Source: Tubulanus polymorphus
Lineage: Eukaryota; Animalia; Nemertea
DNA length: 64,000 nt
Direction of reading: 5' to 3'
Assembly: GCF_964204645.1 (NCBI RefSeq)
Contig: NC_134026.1
Span: 16,960,150-17,024,149, forward strand
The position numbers were made by a program, and so were the translations under genes. The notes under the pieces are model-generated. The model saw only the letters and a program-made list of their open reading frames with translations, searched no databases and had not been told where the DNA came from. Below, in pieces: positions 13,701-26,500 of the stretch (the stretch's first letter is position 1; the number at the start of each line of letters is the position of its first letter).

Positions 13701-16700
13701 GGTTTTTAGCCCACTTGGGATTTTAGTCCCAGCGGGCTATTGCGTTCACTTTTCGTCCGTCCGTAGACGGAATCCAGTTATTTTGGGAAGTTTTGACGAC
13801 GCTTCAAGGTAACGTCTTGATATTTGGGTTACACATGTATCTACCCTAGACACATCTTCAGCCCAAAAACTGGCCCTGTCAGAATCAAGATGGCCGACTG
13901 GCAGCCATTGTTGTTCGCCAAAATCAGCACTTTTTACACATTTTTGAACTTTTTGAGGGAAATTTTGAAGGCGCTTTGATCAATTACCTTGATCTTTCGG
14001 ATATATGTGAATCCCCCCAGGGCCCATCAACCTAAAAAAAATTTGGTCGGTCGGACTCAAGATGGCCGTCCTATGACCTTTTTAGTGCCCAAAAATGTTA
14101 ATTTTGGCCCGAATTCTGAGTCCTGTAGCTGCCTACTGGTTTGCCATTTCTCATTACAATCTGTGATGGGTGTTCATTGGAAAGGGATGTTTTATACCTG
14201 AGACAGGTATTTTTCATCAGCCAATTATGACGCAATTGGCCGCCATCTTGGTGTAACCAGTACTCATTCGTAAGTGGGAAAAAGTTTTTCCACATTATAT
14301 TGATACCTAAGCGTATTTTGCTACCACAATCAATTAGAAAGTTGTAGCTCATAACGTGTTCTATGATTGTGGTGAGTTTCAAGGTAATTGGATTTCGTAT
14401 ATGGCCACCAGGGGGCGTTGAATAATACAATATCTTAGCATTTCTTTATTATATTCGTACCTATGAATATTTTGTAACCACAATCAATTGGAAAGTTGTA
14501 GCTCATGACATCATCTATGATTGTTGCGAGTTTTAAGGACATAAGTTTTTTTATATGGTCACCAGGGGGCGTTGAATAGTAGAATAACTTAGTATTTCCT
14601 TATTATATTGGTACCTAGGCATATTTTGTTACCATGATCAATTGCAAAGTTGTAGTTCATGACATGTTCTATGATTGTGGTGAGTTTCGAGGTCATTGGG
14701 TTTTGAATATGGTCACCAGGGGGCGTTGAATAGTAGAATGACTTAGTATTTCCATATTAAATTGGTAACGAGGCATATTTTGTTATCACAATCAATTACA
14801 AAATCGTAGCTGCTGACATGCTCTATGATTGTGGTGAGTTTTAAGGTCATTGGTTTTTGTAAATGGTCACCAGGGGACGTTGAATATTGAAATTGTTAGA
14901 TTGTTGAGCATTTGAAACTACTTCCCAAGTGGGCATGGTGTCCCTGGACCCCTAGTTATCAAAGAACTTATGCACTACATTGATTTAATAATGTTTCAAT
15001 AAGAAAAAGCATGTCTAAAATAGGGTTGGCGTGAAATATTGATTTCATTCCCATTTTTCCCCAAATTTTAATAGCAATATGATTTTATTGATCATATAAT
15101 TTTAATATGATTTTACCCTTTCATTTTAGGGACCACCAGGCAGCGTTTCGGGTGGACAGATGCCTATACCAAATAGCATGGATGTACGACCAGGTATGCA
15201 TATATTTAGTATCATTTCTAAGCCAATTCCTTTGCATATGTGCCATTATGTTATATGCTTCTCAATGATATCCTGCTTTATATTACTGTATATATTAGGT
15301 GTACTGAATCCAAATCGAATGCAGAATTACAAATTATGATAGTGGTTTAAATCGTTTTGCTGGTTTCTTAGCTCATCTGTAGCCCAGATTTTTGTTCGTA
15401 CTTTCATTATTAGGCTGTTTTCCCCCATAATGGGCATTTTAAGGCTTGCATATCTTGAACATGAACTTAAAGAATGAAACCTTTATATCCAGGCACAAAA
15501 ACATCTTGTATTTAATTTTCTGAAAAGCGGGTTTAGTAGCAGCCCCTCCCACCTCCATTAGCTCCATTTAGCAACCCACAGTGGGTTGAGTAGTGAAAGC
15601 TGAGATAACACTGGTACCCAAGCAAGAGTATTGTTGATTTTGAATGAGTGTATTGATTGTGTTCAATACACTGTTACCTGATGGCCTGAAACTCATATGT
15701 TTACACGCTTCACTTAGGAGTTAGCAATATGGCTCCCCTCCATGGCTACAGTGATAGTCGCATAGAAATTGTTGTGTATAAGTTGATAAGGAAAAATGTG
15801 ATATTAAAGCTAGCATTATGCTGAATATTAACCTCTTCGCTACCATAGATAATGTAACGCCCCTCACCAGAGCGTTTTCCCATATTTTGACATATTTTCG
15901 TGTTTTTATTTAGATCTCAGAATACTAATAATCACCCCTACAAACCATATATATTTGTAAAGCTTAAGTCCTCAGCTATCAGATGGTATTGTTTAGAATC
16001 AAATCGATTAAATCAGAAATTGGTCACCAATAATTATTGATCGATTTTTTTATTGATTTGTGGATCGATCAATGGATTTTGATCAAAATAACTTGTAATG
16101 ATCCATTTCCGTTTTTTGTATTCTTATCGTGAAGTGACTACTAAATCTGGACCAGGATGACATTGTATAAAAGTATCGGCTAAAAAATACAAAAAATCTC
16201 ATGCACGTGCCTTCTTGTTTGGCGCGCAAAGTGGTGCATGTCGTCACTCAAGCATAGATTCAATTCAATTCAGTTCAGTATTTGAGGCACTGATTCACCA
16301 TCTATGAGTATATAGTGTAACTAGATTGAAGCAGACGATCATTTAGTACGTCTATACACCAGCGGTGTAGTGACTCACCACACCAGCAATTGTAGTAAAT
16401 GAATATATTTGCGACGTAAATATATGCCGTGCATGGTGAGAGAAGGTCATTATTTTGGCACTGCAGTTCCCTTGTAAGGAAAAATTAATGAACTCGTCCA
16501 AATTTAGTTCTTCGACCATCAGTATTCTAACAGTTGTTAGTGAAGTACTTATAGGCATCCCTCTCCATTGGACCAAAAGCCTTCTTATCACATGAATTAC
16601 ATATTTGGTTTACTTGATGATTCCTGCAGTCTGCTCCAATCTTCTACACTGAGACCTAGCCCAGTATTTAGGAGTCAGTTTTAGCCCACTTGGGACTTAA

Positions 16701-19700
16701 GTCCCAGAGGGCTATGGTATTCCCTTTTTTACTATTCCTGTCAGGGGCGTAGCCACCTAAAATTCAATGGTGCGACAATCCAGTGATTGCATATCCAGTT
16801 TTTATCCAGATATTTAGAAGGGGGGTTTGCGGGTCCTCCCCCAAGAAAATCTTGAACATAAAAACGTCTGAGATACGTTCTGATGGCTATGAGAGCTCAT
16901 ATTTGAATAATTTTCTGTAGATAATATAATGCCCCTAAGGTTATCTTTGGTCTACGGACAGATCAAGATGTTTCACCATCCCAAAGCTGTTTCTGAGTCC
17001 CGCTGAACTGGAAGGGCAACTATCATAGCACAAAACGGGGGACCTGGGCACTCCCCCAGAAAATTTTGATTTTCAAGGCTCTGAGATGCAATCTTTAAGC
17101 ATATTTGGGGCATAAAGTCTATCCCCCTTGAAGTTAATTTTTTTCGTTTAGATTCATTTAGACCATTTTCTATACTACTTCCAGAATACTTGCCCGGAAT
17201 AAAACATTCATGTTAGTACAAGAGCCTGTCAAAATCCCGAACTAGAAAAATAGAAGGGCAAACCTGAGTACCCCTCCATACAAGTGGTAGGCTGGATCTG
17301 CCCTTGACTATTTATTGATGAATAGTAAACTAATGTTAGCTTATTGTACATCAATACTGGTACTCTCTCGATTTTCTCGGTTTCCATGTCTCGGCACTTG
17401 AGCAGAATTATTTTGGTAAAATCCCTTATTATGGTCCATTTTTCATGAACAAAAACACCTACAGAATCAGTGAAATACTGGTTTGAGTCGCTCTAAAGTA
17501 ATATGAAAAAAGTCTTCTGAATTCGGCAACTTTGATACTGTGAGATCAGGTGCATGGTCCAGATGTGATACTGTAAACTCTATAAACAAAACTCGTTGGA
17601 GTCACTGGGTTGGATGTGGCCTACACGGAAAATCTCAAGTGCATTACCAACGCCTCTGTATTAGCACCACTGACATCTTCAAAAGAACTTGACGTATCGG
17701 CCCCACTCCGCGTGGTTCCGCCACCGTGCGGGATTTACGCGAAGCAGCAAACACAAACATGGCCACTCTCTCAATTTTCAATGATAGAAATCGTGTGTGC
17801 ATTTCAATTATTTCGGCTGTTGAGGTTTTAAGGCACAATATAAGTTGATGATGTGATATGGCGATGTTAATTAATGATAATTCCGCAGTGAAGCTAGTCA
17901 CGAACGGTGCCGTTTGAGTGTACAGCTGCCAAAAACACTGAAATGTGCGTAGTTGCGTAACTATTTGCAGTGAATTGCAGACGAAACATGAAGTCTTAAC
18001 AGCCGTTTAAAAAAAAATTATACCAATCGCAATTGTAAAATAAAAATGAGATAGAACCTAAGTTAAAATTCTGGCCATTTCTAAAATGTTATTACTAATT
18101 TTTAGTCAGTGCCGAACGTTTAGTTTTCCAACAATAATGAGGGGTGGTAGGTAGTCATGCAATTCAAGCCATCATTTATTACACGTTACTTCCGTGTTGT
18201 TGAAAATCTCGCGAGTCCTGGACCAAACCCCATTGAACAATGTGATCTGTGTGCTGGCCAAAAATGCACACAGGTCACACTACACTACCCATTACAAACT
18301 CCAGTACCCACAGCTTTCATATATCTATCCAAATATTTAGAGTGTCTTTCTTCCTGGATACCCCCCCCCCCCCCCCATGTAAACACAGAATAACGTTTAT
18401 TATGACGTTTTAGCATAATGGGTTTTTCAATTATTGGTGCGACATATGTCGCAGTTGTCTCACCGGTGGCTACGCCCCTGCCTGTGTGTAGACAGAATCA
18501 AGTTAAGTATATTTGTATTCCCCCCAGGGCCCATCAGCTTAAGAAAAATTGGGTCGATCATACTCAAGATGGCAGTTCTGTAAACTTTTTGAGCCCGCAA
18601 AAGGTCATTTTTGGCCTGAATTCCCAAGACGTGTAGCTTCCAAATTTTTTTTTTTCATTGGGATTGATGATGGGTATACTTTGCGAAGGAATCGTAAACA
18701 TATTAGATGGATTTTTCGATCAGTTAATTGTTATCCACTATGGTGACCTTCTTAGTTTCATTAATCCTCAGCATATCAGACGGGTTTTTTGCGATTATCA
18801 TGCAATTGGCGGCCATTTAAGTGTCAACATTTCTAGTTCATAGATCGAAAAAGATTTTTTGAAGAAAACACAAGGGGTTTTAACTCAATGGTCTTAATAT
18901 TTGATTATTGTCGGCACCAGCAGCGTAATAGGATACATCTCATATGTTTTTTGTTGAGAATTTTAATTTAATGATAAATTTTTATATTTTAACTTTTCGG
19001 GCTCTTGATTGTGGGACTATGTCTATTTATTTTGGTGCCCTAGTATACTTTGTAACAGCAATCAATTGCAAAATTGTGGCACATGACATGTTCTATAAGT
19101 GTGGTGAGATTCAAGGTCATTGGTTTCTTTAGACGTTCACCAGGGATGTTGAATAATATGTTGGCAGATTGCTGAGCATTTTAAAAGCACTTCCCAAGTG
19201 AGCATGATCATTGGACCCCTATTTTATGCAAAAGCCATAACAGCATAGCATAATTTTATGAAGAAGATATTATTAAGTCAGGCTGTTCATAGCACCGGGC
19301 CGTCGTTAAAATGATACTCTATTTGCATGATCAATAGTAATATATTTTCACTAATATACATTTTGAGAACAGGGCCTTGAGAGCACAGGACCCTTGGCGT
19401 ATTGTTTGGGAGGGATCTTAAGCATAATCAGACGGATTTGTGATTAATCAATTACAACATAATTGGCAGCCATCTAATTGTCATCAGTCCCAGTTGGTAG
19501 GTATAAAAGGTTTTTGAGGAAAATATCTACAGTGTTTTACTTATTGTCATGATATTTGGTTATTATTAGTTCTGTCATAGGATACATCACACTGGGATCA
19601 CCCATTTTTTGTCTTGCCACTAGGGGGAGTTAGATAATGAATCATATACAGTTTGTCTTTTTGTTTTGGTACTTAGCATATTTTATAATCATTTGCAAAA

Positions 19701-22700
19701 TTGTAGTTCATTGGTTTCTGTATATGTTCACCAGGGGTTATTGAATTGTGGAATACCTTTAGTATTTCCATATCATATTGGTACCTGGGCATATTTTGTT
19801 ACCACAATCAATTGCAAAATTGTTGCTCATGACATGTTAAATGATTGTGCTGAGTTTAAATATCATTGGTTTCTATAAATGTTCTAGTGGGGGCATTGAA
19901 TATTGAAATTGTCAGTTATTTCAAACCACTTCTCAAGTCGGCATGGGTGTCCCTAGATGTATAGTAGTATCTCTAAGTCATTATGAATATTTTAAATTCT
20001 TTTGAAATTTTCTATTAAGTCAAATTATTGTAAATACATGCACAGGGAGAGAATCTATAAAGTATTTGTATTTTTTGTAAGCATTTGTTTTATTTCCAAC
20101 TGAATGTTAGCTAATTGATGAAATAGGAAAATACGAACACATTGTGAAAATGGTATCTGTGTTATTGTGTTGTGCTTCAAATTTCACGTATTTTGTAATA
20201 AAATGCTGATGTGAATGTGGAAACGATTTTTTAGGTGCATTTTTTGCGTGCTCTGACATTGAATGTTGGAAATGAATGTCCCTTTAGATACGTACATAAA
20301 TGAATGCATGTGTATTCAAAATATGTGAAAACCCACGACAGTACCTTCCCATGAAGTTAGACCTGATCTCCTCAAATAAGAGTTTTATTATATTTTTCTG
20401 ACCTTTGAATTTTAGGCCTTTGCAATCCATGTCAGATATCGCTTAAGTCTGGCAAATATCCACAGTCCATGCACATCTTCTGACTAAGCTGATGCTACAA
20501 CAATTTTCGATAAAAAAATATATAAAAGTAATCGCTAGTGAATGATTCATAGGAGTAAACAAGACTTAAATCTTTACATTGGTAAAATGAAAAGGACAAA
20601 AATGAATTTTCCAAGGACTTCCAAGCCCTAATTTAAATAGAAAATTGAATTCATATGTTGTGAATATCCCTAGGTTTCTCCATTTTTAAATAGGTACTAG
20701 CAGAACTGCAAAAACTGTCAATGCTATGAATGTTGCCTGACCCTGTACATAATCTTGTGGGTTTTCAACATATATTTGGTTACTGAAACTGTCAGTAGTC
20801 TCACATGTAACGTATTTTTATTGCATTCAAATTACTTTTGCAATCCAATTTGTGTGAAAAAAGTCTCATTAAATGTGCAATGCGATTATAACAAACATAC
20901 TTTCACTTGACTTAACCTGACGCTTTTTCGTCAATTTAATGTCCTTTCAGAATCATGTGGTTCGTTAAATGGTGGCCTCCATGCAGCTTTACACGGTAGG
21001 CCGTCAACCATCAGCCATATTTTGGGTTGGATGATTTTCTGAAGGTTTTCATTACAGCAGGGTTTTCCAAATGTCAGCTCTTAAAAGCTCACACAGCATT
21101 TAGTTCAGTAGAACTAGATCTTTCCCTGTTTGCTGGTGAGATTTGTGCCCTAGCATTTTGAGCTGGATAGCATATATTATAACGCCCATACCTGTGTCAA
21201 CATTGATAGGTTGAGCCTCATAGTTGGAGATTATATGGGAAGTTAGAAACTGCTGGCAGATGTTTGAAACACTTATTCATGTTTTGCCCATCAATGGCAT
21301 CGCCACATGAAGACAAAGATGGCAGCTTAGTGTAAAAAAAAATTTTAAGGATATCTTGATTGCCCTCAAAATTTAAGATGATAGAAATTGACATGATGGT
21401 GGAAAAAGTCAGTTGGCATCAATCCAACATGCCAACAAACAATAAGCGTATTTTAGGGTACTTGTAGATGTAAAACATTAACCACTAAACAACAGAGCAT
21501 ACCAATGCTTCAAGGCCCATGGGCCTCTTGTTGAATTACTATCTAATAGTTGCTCAATGGAAAGGCTCATTCGACAAAATTACCACAACGTTAAGTTTTT
21601 ATTTGACAATTGTCCAAGGGTTAGGTTTACATAGCTGAATTTCTCAAGTTGGTGCCATAAACTAACCCCAGGTCGACTTACAACCCGATCATCTCGTTGG
21701 AACGGTCTGCATTTTTTTCATCGGGAACCTGTTCGACATGAGTTAACTAACGACTGCAACGGGTTGATCGCAGACGGATCATTAACCGAATCGCAAGGAT
21801 AGAACAATGGCCAATCAGCAACAAATTATGCGTCACATGACCTTTAGATGGTTGACCATCAACGGTCACATGGTAACCACTGCTGTTCTTACGACAAGAG
21901 GATTGGGTCGTAAGTCGAACTGAGCTTAGCTATAGGCATAGATGACTGTGATATGCTTATTAGCCATGCTGTGGGAGTATAAATTTTATTTTATTTCATT
22001 CAGCAAAATAAAACATCATATCCAATTTGATTTCATTTCATTCAGCTACAAACCCATGACATCCAATTCAATAATATACAATTCAGCAATTCAACTCAAT
22101 AATATTTACTCAAGAGAAAGTTGATATGGAATTAGGTATTCAATTTCAAGGGCATAAAGATCAAGTGTAGCCCACGATAGCTTTTGTTTTTAACGATAGG
22201 TAAACACATGATTATCATTCTTGAGAAGTTTCAAGAAATTCTTTCATATCTTGATTACATTTCAATGATTAGAGTATGATGAAAATATTATTAATACCAA
22301 TGCTAAACCATGAATTCAGTTGCAATCGAGTTGGAAGGAAGACATTACCCGTAATAGAATTTACAATGGTGTGTACAGTGTAGGTTGCATTCACTGTATA
22401 GCCCGTATGACGTCACACATATTGCAAATAGTGTGCGTTCAGAAGATTCACACACCTGTTATTCATTTTTCAAACACGTATATTTATTCAAGCTCAGTGT
22501 TAATTAAAAGAATGACATTGATTTTCTGGTATAGGGGTTAGTGAACTATTGAATAAGATCATAAGATCCCAAATGTACCGACATTTTTGGCTTATAAATG
22601 GGAAGAAAGTGGTAGTTTAAATTGGTCTTCTTGTTCAGGCTTCTTATCTTGAAGAATACTTACTAATATCATTGAAGTAAAAATGAAACTAGTTAGTTGA

Positions 22701-23489
22701 GACAAAGGACAATATAAATTGATCAGAAGTATTTGTTCCTGTCAGTGTTACTTGAAAAAAACACGATTGTACTGTGTTGATTAGATTAAAGCAGACAGTG
22801 TCACATATCACACTTACTGCATCATTTCATGAAAAGTGAATACAAATAGGGCGGCCATTGCACTGGGGCTTTCAGACATTTTTGATTTGGCATCAGAACA
22901 TACAAGCCTAATTTGGCTACTTGGCATATTCCAGTGGTTATATGACAATATGATCCTCTTATAATGTTCAGGACAAATCTCATCATGGACAATGGCTATT
23001 TGTACAAATTTCAAATTTACACTATATATTGTTAGATGATTTTGTCACTGATTCTTGGAAAGTGTGACTGGAAAATCCTGGCATGGAATTTTGTATGCAT
23101 GGATTATAAGCTTGGCTTTTATTCATTTTGCTCGTATAGGTGGGGATGAATTCATGACAAAAAGATATTTTTTTCGGTATCCGTGTGTATATGAGAGTGA
23201 GCGTCACTTTATTTCAATTGGACATCTTAGAAGTTTACTTGAATGTCGAGTGTTTGGTGTGTGGTGTGTTTTGAAGAATGTATTTGTGTTTGAGGAATTT
23301 TCTTACTGAATCATCTTTCAACTACTGATAACAGATTATGATCAGGATCTCGAGGATCTTGATTGTGTGAATTTTATTTGTGCTTTACTCTTAATTTTGG
23401 TACATCTTAGGTTCTCGAGCATCCACTTATCCCTTATTCTTGGTCTGTGTGTGTGTGTGTGTCTGTCTGTCTGTCTGTCTGTCTGTCTT

Positions 23490-23524
<35 letters not shown>

Positions 23525-26500
23525 GCCTGTCTGCCTGGCCGTCTCTGTGGCTATTCTGTATGTCTAGCTTCACTCTTTATGGGTTGATCTTGCTGAAACT
23601 AGGGAACAATGTTATTATGTCTAGTTGTGCAGTGCAAAGAATCGACACTGTGCGCATCTAGTGGCGGAACTAGGCACCAAAAGCTGTTTTTAGGTGACAC
23701 GGCCTTGAAGATGACTTCATAACTCAGGATTGTGTTTGAAATTCAAAAATGTGTCTGGAACGGGTGGAAATTCAAATAGCTACTGGCCCTAGGTACAACA
23801 TATCCAAAATACTATTGGAACTAACACATAGTAATTCTGGAGTTCGCGTTACAGCCTGAGCCCGACATCTGTTGTCGCCGATGGCTTATTTTCTATTTCT
23901 GTTTGTACATTGTACATACTCTTAACAATCAGCTTTCTTGCTTTTCGTTTTACTGTTGCTTTTATGGTTAGCTTATTGGACTGGTGCCTGCATATGGTAT
24001 ACATAAAAAGCGTTAGCGTAGATTTTTTCCAAGATATTTATCACCATCGAAATGTTTTTTTATTGAAGTGTCAACTAAACAAGCTATATCTCGGAAAAAG
24101 TTTCTTAGGCACTCCTGGTTTTAAGTTAAGAGACAACTGGTCTCAATTGTTGTGAATGCTGCATTAATTTCTTTGTCTTCGTAAAAACTGTCATGATAAT
24201 GTTTTTGGTTTACCTTTGTCAGCAGTATGAGTTGGCATTGAGCCAATTCATGTAAAATCGCGGTATGTTTTTTTATGTGAGCATTTTTTTCATTGGTTCT
24301 CGGGTTAAACGACGTAAAATCGATGCGATTGAAGACAAGACGAACCTCCTTCGATGACATGGTCAACTTTGTTTAAATTCGACAAAAAAACTGTTTTTGG
24401 CGGAAAATTCTTAGCTCTTGCGTATAAAATTGCAATGACCTCGATTGGGGGCGCTGGGGGGCGTCGTGTCTACAAGCGAATGTGATTGGCTATTTTTGGG
24501 ATATACGGGGAATGCCGGCGCTACTAAAATAATTATGGGAAAGCCATTAATGGCAAACGTTCATTGGACTAGGTGCCGTATATGTGTGAATTTTAAATGC
24601 TCATTGCTGGTGAGAATATAATTATTTCACATATCGCCATAGGTATTGTTTCATTTCAATACCCGGTGAATGTGTGGATTGAGATTGAAGTGAACGTTCA
24701 CTATACAAGGCCTCCACGTGTGCGGGAGTGCTAACATTAGACTGTTGCGCACACAAACACACGCTCATACAGACAGTGATGGTATATATGGTGATGCTGT
24801 AACCCTGCTTGGCGCGTGCACGTTTGGTATGATAAGCTGAATAATCTTTGTAGCAGATGAGCGCTGTGTTTTCTGTTTGATAGAATTTGTAATAAATTGT
24901 AATTTCTTGTGACCTGAAAATACTAAGCAGCAAACTATAGGTATAGGTCGAGGTCTGAAAATTGAAGTGGGAAATGCGATCTAAAACGATCTAATACTAC
25001 GCCCCGGTTTTAGCTTCCGCGGCCATACATTGGAAAAGGTTTCGTTTCCAAGACTCAATATTCAGCCACCCTCTGATATGTGACATCATATGAATTTTAT
25101 TTGAATATTTCTTCATATTGTGAAAAATATTTCTTTGAAAATATAAAATAGTTTCCAATGCCGCGCCTACCTGTACCCTACGAAATTTTGGACGTAGACC
25201 ATAAACAAATGTTTATCTTTGGTCTTATTTGACTACAAAATAATTCTTAAAGAAAGTTAAAATACAATATAAACTTCTAGAACTATGAAGTCAAGAATTA
25301 AAAGATTTTTCAAGCAATGCCCTTACTCCAAACAACCTCTAGCTTTCAAGGTAAACCACACTTTGCCCATGGGCAATTTATTAAAACTTGTAAGCATAAA
25401 GGGGGTTCTCTGTGAATGACGTCAATATTTCAAAATAACAATTACAATTGAAATAATTTTAATGACTTGACTCTAGATATAGGTGGAGACTGCCGTCATG
25501 ATCACGATAGTGACGTCTGAATCTACATAATTCTAACAATTGCAATTGTGAATTTTGGCCATTATTTTGCAATTTGATATATATCATAACTCTAAGATAT
25601 ATTCAAATCCAATATAACTTGATTGATCATTGATATTATATAGTTTATATTATTATATAGTTTATATTATACAAGGTGTCTTAAAACTTTTCAAGTTAGT
25701 TTTCTTTTTGTAGCATTCTTGTGCCTAATTCAAGGTCTGAAGAAACTTAAATTTACTTTCATGACTGCATTACCGTTTGAACTTGGTGATTGGGTAATTC
25801 TTACTTAGTAGACCATATTGATCCATATGGTTAATGAATATCTTGACCCCTGGAGGCATTCCTACTGAATGACCATATCTACTGAAGTAATAGACATGAT
25901 TTCGACGTACTTCATTGTACGACCATTTAAACCATCAATGCAGAAAACCCATTATATATATACATACATATACATATACATATACATATATATATACATA
26001 TACATACACATACACATACACATACACATATATCTATGTATACAAATCGGATATCCGCGGATCAGCGGAAATCAGCTGTTTTGCTCGTGATTTTGTAGTC
26101 TCCGAGATCGATGTTAATTTGATGTAGAAATAAACTAGGGTAAGCTCTTCCAATTCGCTATTACAGCATCGTTATGCTTAGCGATGATGGCTACAGAATG
26201 ATGATGCTCACTTGGTGCGGCTATCATTAGCGCGATCGTTGTGCCAACATAAACATTCAGAAAATCAATGGTGCACTATAGAAGGCGAGGTGGTGTGAAA
26301 GGGGATAGTGGCGCCGTACAGTTGAGAAGATACACGTGTGGTAGACAGGCAGCCAGTCTAGACTCAGAATTTGACAGCAACCAGTCCATTAGCTGTTAGC
26401 ACAGGCGTTCTCCAATATTCTTCCATTCACCGCATTATCCGGACGCAATAATAGAGTCGGCCCCTAGAGTTCTCATTCAATGTTGGTGGGATTCGAATCA

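Noticed and set aside
14290-14890. Regularly spaced repeats as a CRISPR array
   Set aside because: Whole 154-bp units are homologous with no unique spacers; eukaryotic context; part of a HINE.
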